NCBI GenBank assembly: GCA_943787795.1
Contig: CALSNU010000001.1
Span: 1,344,001 to 1,408,000, forward strand
DNA length: 64,000 bases
From: an uncultured bacterium
GTDB taxonomy: Bacteria; Planctomycetota; UBA1135; GCA-002686595
Direction: 5' to 3'
The notes beneath the pieces were generated by a model, which worked only from the letters and a program-made list of their open reading frames with translations, searched no databases and was not told where the DNA came from. Below are positions 19,228-27,713 of the stretch, piece after piece (the stretch's first letter is position 1; every line of letters begins with the position of its first letter). Position numbers and translations under genes: made by a program.

Positions 19228-21190
19228 GCTCGTCGCGGAGGAGCTCGGGGTTCCCTTCGCCCTCGAAGGCGATGTGCCAGGGGCTCTCGAGCCAGCCCGC
19301 GTCCCGGCGCTCCGGTGTCCACCAGCGATAGACGGACTCAAGGCCACCGGTGTAGCCGAGCTCCGCGAGCTTGGCCTGCACGGCGGGGGAGACCTCCTGG
19401 TTCTCGTAGGTCATCCCGGTGGAGCGGGCGGCCTCAAGCCACTGGAGGAGCGCGCTCCGCATGCGCTTGGCGCGCTCGAACTGGTCGAGGAGCTGATCGT
19501 TCGCGCCCCGCGGGTCGGCCTCAAGGTCGAAGAGGGTCACCTCGCCGAGGCGGCGGTTCGGGCTGGAGTCACTGTCCTGCACGTTGCGCAGGTAGAGCTC
19601 GAGGAGCCATCCCTCCAGTTCGATGCTCGCCGAGATTCCCTGGGCCGACATGGCGAACCGGGGCTCGGGCGCCGGGTCCTCCTCGAGGACCTCGCGCACG
19701 TCGCGGCCGGGGAAGGAGACGTCCTCGAGCCCAGCCATCTGGAGCAGCGTCTGCCCGACATCGATCTGACGGACCGAGGCGGCGCTCCGCGCGCCCGGGC
19801 GGATGCCGGGCCCACGGAGGATCAAGGGCACGTGGATCGTGGGGTCGGCGAGGCCGAAGTGATCCCACCAGATGTCGCGCTCACCAAGGGCCTCACCGTG
19901 GTCAGCGGTGAAGGCGAGGGCCGCCTCCGCCACGCGAGGCTGGGCGAGGAAGTCTCCGAGCAAGCCGTCGAGGTAGCGGACCTCGCCGGCATAGAGGGCG
20001 GTGACGAAGTCGGGATCGGAGAGCTTCGACTGCTTGAGCCACTCAGGGATCCGCTTCGCGGCCAGCCCGAGGTCTGAGTCGGCGCGGTATGGGTCTGGGC
20101 GTCCCTCGAGGAGGGTCAGCATCTCCTCGTCGGGGAGCTCGTAGGGCGTGTGGGCGTCGAAGAGGTGGACCCACAGGAAGAGCGGCGAGCCCGACGCGTC
20201 GTGGATCCACTCGCCCGCGCGGGCGAGGGTGCCCCGCCCGTCCACCGCGCCGCGCAGCGGCGCGCTCATGCGGTCGAAGCCCTGACCGAGGCCGCTGACA
20301 TCATCGAAGAGGTGGAAGGCGCTAAGCGTCGCGTAGGTCTGATAGCCCGCGTCCCGGAACTGTTCGGCGAGGGTGTCGGCCGACACGTGCAGCCGGGTGT
20401 GGTTGTTGATGATCTTGGTATCCCGCGGGTGGACGCCGGTCAGCAGCGCCACGTGGGAGGGATTGGTGTTGTTGATCGACGAGAAGCAGTTGGTGAAGAC
20501 CGCGCCCTCGCTGCCCAGCCTGTCGATGTGCGGCGTCGAGACCGGGGAGCCCGGGTTGATCGTCGACACGTGGTCGGCCCGGTGCGTATCGGAGGTGATG
20601 AGGATGACGGTGGGCTGCGCCGAGTCCGGCTCCACGATCCGGGGGGAGGAGAGGAGCAGGGCCGAGTTCGACGAACCTCCGGTGCCTCGCTCGAGCTCCA
20701 GGCCGCCGGGCCCGTCCGGGGAATACTGGAGGATCGTCCGCCAGCGGCCGCTCACCTGATGGCCCAAACCGCCGACGATGAGCTCCTCGGTGGCCCCCGC
20801 CTGGTCACTCACGAGGCAGGCATCGAAGGCCACCCAGGCGGCGTCACCGTCGAGGGGCTGGCCCGTGATGGTCGCGAGGCCGGCCCGGCTCGCGAGGGGG
20901 ACTTGGATCGCCGGGCGACGGTCGCGGCCGCTGTCGAGGGAAAGGGTGTAGGGGGCCGGGGCGTCCGACGGTGCGGGGAGGGCCAGGGCGGCGGCCAGCC
21001 CCTCGGGGAGCCCTTCCTCCGACCGCGGGCTCGCGGCCGGTTGGACCACCCCGTCCGCGATCGCGGTGAACATGAGCGCCGGGATCGGAGCACCCGCGGG
21101 TGCGACCTCCTCCACGCCGCCGGAGCAGCCAAGGGTGAGGAGCAGCGCGAGCGTGCCGGGGAGCAGAGAGACAGATGTCGGGGCAGGCAT
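19202..21190 (-). CDS. Sulfatase/alkaline-phosphatase superfamily lipoprotein lacking the formylglycine motif
   Basis: Lipobox LTLGC; SDTHRADH, TNPSH..LLTG, HLFDAHTPY, TADHGE, HVPLI, LAELGY. Confidence 0.85.
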   Translation of the reverse strand: MPAPTSVSLLPGTLALLLTLGCSGGVEEVAPAGAPIPALMFTAIADGVVQPAASPRSEEGLPEGLAAALALPAPSDAPAPYTLSLDSGRDRRPAIQVPLASRAGLATITGQPLDGDAAWVAFDACLVSDQAGATEELIVGGLGHQVSGRWRTILQYSPDGPGGLELERGTGGSSNSALLLSSPRIVEPDSAQPTVILITSDTHRADHVSTINPGSPVSTPHIDRLGSEGAVFTNCFSSINNTNPSHVALLTGVHPRDTKIINNHTRLHVSADTLAEQFRDAGYQTYATLSAFHLFDDVSGLGQGFDRMSAPLRGAVDGRGTLARAGEWIHDASGSPLFLWVHLFDAHTPYELPDEEMLTLLEGRPDPYRADSDLGLAAKRIPEWLKQSKLSDPDFVTALYAGEVRYLDGLLGDFLAQPRVAEAALAFTADHGEALGERDIWWDHFGLADPTIHVPLILRGPGIRPGARSAASVRQIDVGQTLLQMAGLEDVSFPGRDVREVLEEDPAPEPRFAMSAQGISASIELEGWLLELYLRNVQDSDSSPNRRLGEVTLFDLEADPRGANDQLLDQFERAKRMRSALLQWLEAARSTGMTYENQEVSPAVQAKLAELGYTGGLESVYRWWTPERRDAGWLESPWHIAFEGEGNPELLRDELRRASGDR

Positions 21191-21358
21191 GCCCCCAAGG
21201 CTACAGGTCTCCGTGGACAGGGGCCGAGGGTCGTCCGGCGGGAAGTCATCGGGGATCTCACCCCGGATCTGCCCCTGGCGCCCTGTGAGGGGGGGGCGAC
21301 AAAGGGCTAGACTCCTCGAAGTGGGGAAGACGCGGCGTGCCCGTGCGTCCCACCTTCA

Positions 21359-22432
21359 ATGCAAGGGCCCCAGACCGCACTCGTCACCGGCGCCGCCGGC
21401 TTCATCGGCGCCGCCGTGACCCGGCGGCTCATCGCCGCCGGCGTCCGGGTGATCGCCTTGGACGACCTCTCGGCGGGCGACCTCGCGCGCCTGGAATGCG
21501 CCAGGGGCGAGCTGCTCGAGATCGTCGAGGGGGACGCCTCGGACCGGGCCCTGCTCGCCGGGCTTCTCGACGCGGAACCCGAGGTGGTGATCCACCTCGC
21601 TGGCCGGGTGGGCGTCCGGACCGTGCTCTCCGATCCCGAGCTCTGCGAGCGCGAGAACATCGAGCTGGGCGAGGCGGTCGCGGGTGCGATCGCCCAACGC
21701 TGGCCCGGCGGGGTCCGCCCCCGTGTGCTGGCCGCCTCCACCTCGGAGGTCTACGCCGAGTCCGCAGCCCCCCTCTCGGAGGCCAGCGACCTCCGCGGCC
21801 TCGCGGCCAGCGGGCGCTGGCGTTACGCGGCATCGAAGCTCGCCTGTGAAGAGGCCCTCGACCGGGTCCTCGGCCCTACGGGCCCGAGCCCCGTGCACCT
21901 GCGCTTCTTCAACGTCGTGGGACCGGGGCAGGATGGCGCCAGCGGGATGGTGCTCCCGCGGTTCATCGAGGCTGCCCGCTCCGGCGCGCCCCTGACGATT
22001 CACGGACGCGGGTCCTCGGTGCGGACCTTCGCCCACGTGGAGGCGGTGGCCGAGGACATCGCGGCGCTGGCGCTGCCCGATCGGTTCTCGGTGCCCACGC
22101 AGGCGGCGCAGCTTGCGGACGTTCAAGGCCCCCTCAACGTCGGCGGGACGGCGCGCTCCACGGTGCTCGAGCTCGCCCACGAGGTCACCCGGGCCGCGGT
22201 CCGTCGCGGGCTCGCGCCGAGCCCCCTCCTCCATGTGGATCCTCGGCTGACGGTCTCGCCGCGCTTCGACGAGGTCCTCCACCGCGTGCCCGACCTCTCC
22301 CGCCTGCGGGGCCTGGGCCTTGGCCTCGCCCCCTGGTCCCTGGCCGACATCGTGGAGGACACCTTCGCGCGGCACGCCGCGCCGAGCGCCGCGCTCGCTG
22401 GTGGGCCGCTTTGCGAATCGCCCGTGTCCTGA
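21359..22432 (+). CDS. NDP-sugar epimerase/dehydratase
   Basis: TGAAGFIG, ASTSEVY, YAASK, RFFNVVGPGQ. Confidence 0.9.
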   Translation: MQGPQTALVTGAAGFIGAAVTRRLIAAGVRVIALDDLSAGDLARLECARGELLEIVEGDASDRALLAGLLDAEPEVVIHLAGRVGVRTVLSDPELCERENIELGEAVAGAIAQRWPGGVRPRVLAASTSEVYAESAAPLSEASDLRGLAASGRWRYAASKLACEEALDRVLGPTGPSPVHLRFFNVVGPGQDGASGMVLPRFIEAARSGAPLTIHGRGSSVRTFAHVEAVAEDIAALALPDRFSVPTQAAQLADVQGPLNVGGTARSTVLELAHEVTRAAVRRGLAPSPLLHVDPRLTVSPRFDEVLHRVPDLSRLRGLGLGLAPWSLADIVEDTFARHAAPSAALAGGPLCESPVS

Positions 22433-23580
22433 CGCGGCTCAACCTCGGCGGCCCGGCCCGCCAGGTGCTGGCCTCGGATCCGCTCCTCGTCGAGCGCGGT
22501 CACCGGATCCGGGTCTACGCCGGCTCGTCGGAGCCGGGAGAGGGGGACCTCGGCAAGGAGCTGATGGACCTGGGCGTCGAGGTGGTGTCGATTCCTGGCC
22601 TCAGGCGAGGACTCTCGGCGCTGCTCACCGGCGGGGACCTGAGGGCAGGGGCGCGCCTGCGCCGCGAGCTCGCCGCGTTCCGCCCGGACATCGTCCACAC
22701 CCACGCGGCGAAGGCTGGCGCGCTGGGTCGCCGCGCCGCGCGTCGCGCGGTCCCCGGAGCGCGTCGTGTGCACACCTTCCACGGTCACGTACTCGAGGGG
22801 TACTTCTCCCGGCCGCTCTCGCGGGCGCTCTGCCGGGTCGAGGCCAGGCTGGCTCGCCAGACCCACCAGATCCTCGCAGTCTCCGAGGCCACCGCAGCGG
22901 ACCTGGTCCGCCTCGGGGTCGTCGGGGCGGGAGACGTGGAGGTCGTGAGGCCGGGCAGCCGACTGGATGGGCTCTTGGACCTCCCCGAGCGCCGCGGCGG
23001 CGCCCTGCGTGATCAGCTCAGCCTGCACCCCGACGACGTCGCCATCGGCGTGATTGGCCGGCTGGCCCCCGTCAAGCGGACGGCCTTGGCCCTCGACGTG
23101 TTCGAGGATGTGGCAGCCGAGTTCCCTGAGGCTCACCTGCTCGTGGTGGGGGACGGGGACGAGCGGGCGCGGGTTCAGGCGCGGCGGAGCCTTCTCCCGG
23201 AGGAGATTTGTGCCCGAGTTCACCTCCTGGGCGCGGTCCAGGACGTTGGGCCGGTGCACGAGGCGCTGGATGTGCTCCTCTCAACTTCGTTCGCAGAGGG
23301 CCTACCGGTGGCGATGATCGAGGCTGGAGCAGCCGCCCGACCTGTGGTCTCGACCGCGGTAGGGGGCGTCCCGGAGCTGGTCCGCAGCGGCATCACGGGC
23401 CTGTTCGGCGTGGACAGGGCTGGTTTGTCGGCCGCGTTGGCCAGCCTCGTCGGCGACGAGGGCCGGCGGAACGAGATGGGTCGAGCCGCGCGGGCGCGAG
23501 TGCGGTCCGGATACTCTTCCCACGCACTCGCGGATCGGCTCGAAGCCGTCTATGCGCGAATGTTAGGTTCCGGCGAGTGA
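22411..23580 (+). CDS. Glycosyltransferase family 4
   Basis: TTG start; RLNLGGPA, HTHAAKAG, GRLAPVK, EGLPVAMIEA. Confidence 0.92.
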   Translation: MRIARVLTRLNLGGPARQVLASDPLLVERGHRIRVYAGSSEPGEGDLGKELMDLGVEVVSIPGLRRGLSALLTGGDLRAGARLRRELAAFRPDIVHTHAAKAGALGRRAARRAVPGARRVHTFHGHVLEGYFSRPLSRALCRVEARLARQTHQILAVSEATAADLVRLGVVGAGDVEVVRPGSRLDGLLDLPERRGGALRDQLSLHPDDVAIGVIGRLAPVKRTALALDVFEDVAAEFPEAHLLVVGDGDERARVQARRSLLPEEICARVHLLGAVQDVGPVHEALDVLLSTSFAEGLPVAMIEAGAAARPVVSTAVGGVPELVRSGITGLFGVDRAGLSAALASLVGDEGRRNEMGRAARARVRSGYSSHALADRLEAVYARMLGSGE

Positions 23581-24716
23581 ACCTCCTCATGGTGAGCGGC
23601 GATCGACAGGTCGTCGTCGGCGAGCGTGGCCCCTTCTGGTCGATGCAGCGCCACTTCTCGACCTTCTTCGAGCGGGTCGATGTCCTCGTGCCCGGGCCCG
23701 GGGCTGAGGTGGTGACGCGGACCATTCACGAGAACGTTCACTTCCATGTGGGCCCAGAGGGCCGCGGCGCGCTCCCCGGGTGGATCGCCTCCCGGGGCGC
23801 CCAGCTCGTGGACGAACATGGACACGGGCTCGTGGTCACCCACGACTATGGGACCTTCTACAACGGCCGCGGGGGGGCTCGCCTGGCGCGCGCTGCGGGG
23901 ATTCCGCTGGTCTCGGAACTGCACCACATCCCCGGGCACCCGGTGGCCAGCGGGATGATCGAGCGCCTGGAGAAGCTCATGGCCAGGCTCTACGTGGGCT
24001 GGGCGCGACGGCACGCGCGAGCCTTCCGCGTGGTCAACGAGTCCGAGATGCCGAGCCTGCTCCGCAGCTGGGGCGTTCCGGAGGAGCAGATCGTTGTGCT
24101 GCCCAGCCAGTACCTCGACTTCGAGGTCTTCCACCCGCCGGCGGAGGCGAAGGAGCCCGAGCGGGACGTGGTCTTCGTGGGGCGGATGGCGGCCAACAAG
24201 GGCGTGGACCGCATCCTCGAAGCGCTGGCCCGCTGCGCCGCGAAGGGGCGGCCCTATCGCGCGACGTTCGTGGGCAAGGGACCGGAGCGAGAGCAGTGGA
24301 TCGCGCGCGCCGCGCGCCTGGGGCTCGCGGACACCACGGAGTGGATCGAATGGATCGCGGAGCCCTCCGAGCTGGCGGACATCTACCGCACGAGCCGTGT
24401 CTGCGTGTGCGCTTCCACGTGCGAGGGCGGGCCGCGATTCACCGTCGAGGCCATGGCGTGCGGCGTGCCCGTGGTCTCGACGCCCGTCGGGGTGATGACG
24501 GACCTGCTGGCCGACGGTGAGGCGGGGCGGCTCGCGGGCTTTGATGTGGATAGCCTCGCGGCGGCCCTGGACGACGTGCTCTCCGATGAGACACGGCGCG
24601 CTCAGCGCGGCGCAGAAGCGATGGGGAGAGTTCAGATCTTCGAGTACCACGCGGCCCTCGAGCGGTATGCCAGAGGGCTCATCGCGCTCGCGGGAGCCCC
24701 GGAGGTCGGCGGTTGA
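23577..24716 (+). CDS. Glycosyltransferase family 4
   Basis: GTGA overlap; FVGRMAANKG, EGGPRFTVEAMACG. Confidence 0.88.
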   Translation: MNLLMVSGDRQVVVGERGPFWSMQRHFSTFFERVDVLVPGPGAEVVTRTIHENVHFHVGPEGRGALPGWIASRGAQLVDEHGHGLVVTHDYGTFYNGRGGARLARAAGIPLVSELHHIPGHPVASGMIERLEKLMARLYVGWARRHARAFRVVNESEMPSLLRSWGVPEEQIVVLPSQYLDFEVFHPPAEAKEPERDVVFVGRMAANKGVDRILEALARCAAKGRPYRATFVGKGPEREQWIARAARLGLADTTEWIEWIAEPSELADIYRTSRVCVCASTCEGGPRFTVEAMACGVPVVSTPVGVMTDLLADGEAGRLAGFDVDSLAAALDDVLSDETRRAQRGAEAMGRVQIFEYHAALERYARGLIALAGAPEVGG

Positions 24717-25840
24717 ATCTCATCTTTGTCACGCAGGTCCTCGACCGAGAGGACGCGGTCCTCGGCTTCGTGTCGCGCTGGGTGCGCGGGCTGGCTGGAG
24801 CCGCCGCCCGCGTGCGCGTGCTCGCGCTCGAGGTGGGAGAGACCTCGGATCTCCCCGACAACGTGGATTGGGTCGAGCTCGGTCGAAGCGGCGCCGTCGG
24901 GCGCTACCTGCGCTACCGCGGCGCCCTGCGAAGGTCCTTCGCCGAGGGATTCGATGGGCTATTGACCCACATGGTGCCCCGCTACTCGACCCTCGCCGCC
25001 GGCTGGGCGCGTGCGGCCGGCGCGCCGCACTATCTCTGGTACACCCACAAGGGCGTCGACGGCCGGCTGCTGCGAGCCATCGAGCGGGTGGACGGCGTCT
25101 TCACCGCCTCGGAGGAGTCCCTGCGGGTGGACACTCCCAAGCGCATCGTCACCGGTCATGGCATCGACGCGGAACACTTCGACGTGGAGCGCCGGGCGTT
25201 CTCCGATGGACCGGGCGCCGGCGCCGGGGGCCGGGGCCGGGGCGCGGGCGGGGGCGGGGGGCAGCTGCTCTCCGTGGGGCGGCTCACCCCGGCGAAGGAT
25301 CCCGAGTGCGTGCTCGACGCGGTCGCGCGCCTGCGTACCGAGGGCAGGGACGTGGAGCTCACCTGGGCGGGGGGCGGCCTCGCCGCCGGAGACGACGCCT
25401 TCGCCCAGCGCGTGCGCGCGCTCGTGGAGTCCCTCGGGCTCGGGGGCGCGGTGCACTTCGAGGGGGCGGTGCCCTACACGCGGATCCCGGACCTCTATGG
25501 CGCCTCTGACCTCTTCGTCTCCGCGAGCCGGACCGGGAGCGTGGATAAGGTGCTGCTGGAGGCCATGGCCGCCCGCCGACCCCTGGTGAGCTGCAACGAC
25601 TCCCTCTCGCCGCTGCTCGAGGCAGACGGGGACCTCGCGCCCTGGGCGTCGGCCTGCTCCTTTCCGGAGGGGGACGGCGAGGCCCTCGCCCGTCGGGTGG
25701 CGGGCTGGCTCGACCTGGACCCCGCCGAGCGGGGCCAGCGGACCGAGGCGCTCCGTGCCCACGTCCAGCGGGACCACGACGTGGACCGGCTCATGGAGCG
25801 TCTCGTGCGGACCATGTCGGCGGGAGGAGCGGGTGCCTGA
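24713..25840 (+). CDS. Glycosyltransferase family 4
   Basis: TTGA overlap; GHGID, VGRLTPAK, TGSVDKVLLEAMA. Confidence 0.88.
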   Translation: MNLIFVTQVLDREDAVLGFVSRWVRGLAGAAARVRVLALEVGETSDLPDNVDWVELGRSGAVGRYLRYRGALRRSFAEGFDGLLTHMVPRYSTLAAGWARAAGAPHYLWYTHKGVDGRLLRAIERVDGVFTASEESLRVDTPKRIVTGHGIDAEHFDVERRAFSDGPGAGAGGRGRGAGGGGGQLLSVGRLTPAKDPECVLDAVARLRTEGRDVELTWAGGGLAAGDDAFAQRVRALVESLGLGGAVHFEGAVPYTRIPDLYGASDLFVSASRTGSVDKVLLEAMAARRPLVSCNDSLSPLLEADGDLAPWASACSFPEGDGEALARRVAGWLDLDPAERGQRTEALRAHVQRDHDVDRLMERLVRTMSAGGAGA

Positions 25841-27659
25841 AGCTCCCATGACCGCCGCTCCACCCGCCGGGGACGACGCTGCTCGCGCCGCCATCGTCGA
25901 GCCGCTCCAGCGAGTCCTGGGGTGGATGCTCGAGCACGCGGACCCCAAGACCGGGGCCTTGATCTGCCGTCAGCACGGCATCGAGCACACGGGCAAGAGC
26001 GCCGGTGCGGTGGTGCTGGCGACCGAGCTGGCGCGGTTCGCGCCTGAGGCCGACCGTGACCGACTCTTCGAGGTGGCGCGGGCGCAGTGCGGCCGGATCG
26101 CCGGCCGCCTGGAGCGTGAGGGGGACAGCGCCTGCTTCACGTTCCGCCCCGGCCGCCATGACCCGTACAACTGCTCCAACAGCGTCATCGACGGGGGCGC
26201 CTGCAGTGACGCGCTCGCGACGTTCGTGCTCGCCTTCGGCGATCGACTGCCCGCCGAGGAGCGGGAGCGTCTCGCCCACGCGAGCGTGCTGCATGCGCAG
26301 ACCTACCTACGCTACGCGATCGTCGATAAGGGAGTCCCCGCCCAGTGCGCCTGGGCCATGACCGGCGCCGCCCAGGCCTATCGGCTCTCTGGCCACGAGG
26401 TGCTGCGATACGCCTGCGTGGTGGGGGAGCAACGTATCGCCGGGCGGCAGCGCAGGGATGGCAGCTTCCCCTATCACCCCGAGGACTGGGGGGCTGCGCA
26501 CCCCGGGGCCGGGGACGCCAGCGCCTACTATCAGTCACGGGTCACGGCGTTCATGGCCTTTGCGCTCGAGGCGGCCCTTGGGTCTGAGGCCGGCGCCGCG
26601 GCCGACGCCAGCGCCGCGGAGGCCTTTGATTTTCTGCACGGACTGGCCGGCCCGGACGGGATCAAGGTGGGCTCGGTGGAGGCCAAGCCTTGGTACTGGG
26701 GCGCGGAGTACGAGGTGGCCTCGCACCCCTTTGACATCGCCGCGTTCGCCGCGGAGTGGCGGCGCACCCGCGCGCCTCGCGCGGCCGAGGCCATGCGTGC
26801 GTCCTGGCGGTCGTGGCTCTCCCATCTCAAGGCGAACGGTGAGCCGCAGTCGCACCTTCCGGGTCTACACGGCGAGCGCGCCCGATCGAACAGCTATCAG
26901 TGCCCGTTCTTCTGGGCCGCGCATGCGTGCTGGATCGCGCGCTCGATTCCAGAGCTCGCCGAGGCCCTCGCGTCCGAGGTGCGCGACCCGGCGCCGCCCA
27001 GCGGGTGGCGGCACTTCCCGGACGTGGACCTCGCGCGGCTCGATACGGACGATGTGGTGGCGTGGGTGCGCGGGGCGCGGCCGACGGGGAACCGCAGCCA
27101 CGGGAGCCCCGCAGGCGGCTTGCTCCGGGTCTACAGCCACGCGACTGGCGGCGACCTCTACCAGGCGCCGTACCTCGAGCGCCGTGCGCCGGCCAACTGG
27201 AGCGGGAGCGCCGGGGGCTTCAGCCTCGCCCGCGGCTGGCGCTCCGGCGCTGCGGATCTGCGCTTCTCCACCTGGATCGCCCGGACCCGGGTGCGGGCCG
27301 GCGCGGGCGCTGCAGCGCTGGGCGCGCCGCTCCAGGCCCTGCGCCGCTCGGTGGCCTCCTTCGCGTCGTCGGCGGTGGGCACGGCGTTCGTGCGCGACGC
27401 TCGGCTCCAGGGACCGACCGGCGGGGAGGTCGGCCTCGTTTGCGGCCTCGCCTTCCGCGACGGCTCGGCCGCCGGGGGCCGCTTCGAGCGCCGCTTCCGG
27501 CAGGTCGGCGAGGCGCTGGAGGTCGAGGAGCGGCTCCGAGACCCTGGCCGGGCCCGGGGCCTTTGGTTCAGGGCTCCCCTGGGGGCCACCGTGCTGGAGG
27601 ATGAACCAGAGCACATCCGCTACAGGTTCGGACGCGGCGCGGACGAGGGGACCGTGTAG
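25833..27659 (+). CDS. Hypothetical protein, probable alpha/alpha-toroid fold (start GTG 25833 or ATG 25848)
   Basis: Long ORF inside the GT operon; GGAGG upstream of 25833; helical repeats with QRRDGSFPY; no family recognised. Confidence 0.65.
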   Translation: MPEAPMTAAPPAGDDAARAAIVEPLQRVLGWMLEHADPKTGALICRQHGIEHTGKSAGAVVLATELARFAPEADRDRLFEVARAQCGRIAGRLEREGDSACFTFRPGRHDPYNCSNSVIDGGACSDALATFVLAFGDRLPAEERERLAHASVLHAQTYLRYAIVDKGVPAQCAWAMTGAAQAYRLSGHEVLRYACVVGEQRIAGRQRRDGSFPYHPEDWGAAHPGAGDASAYYQSRVTAFMAFALEAALGSEAGAAADASAAEAFDFLHGLAGPDGIKVGSVEAKPWYWGAEYEVASHPFDIAAFAAEWRRTRAPRAAEAMRASWRSWLSHLKANGEPQSHLPGLHGERARSNSYQCPFFWAAHACWIARSIPELAEALASEVRDPAPPSGWRHFPDVDLARLDTDDVVAWVRGARPTGNRSHGSPAGGLLRVYSHATGGDLYQAPYLERRAPANWSGSAGGFSLARGWRSGAADLRFSTWIARTRVRAGAGAAALGAPLQALRRSVASFASSAVGTAFVRDARLQGPTGGEVGLVCGLAFRDGSAAGGRFERRFRQVGEALEVEERLRDPGRARGLWFRAPLGATVLEDEPEHIRYRFGRGADEGTV

Positions 27660-27713
27660 TGTTCAGTCCGCCGCTGGACGTCCCGCTCCGGGACGCAGGA
27701 TGAACGTGATCCC

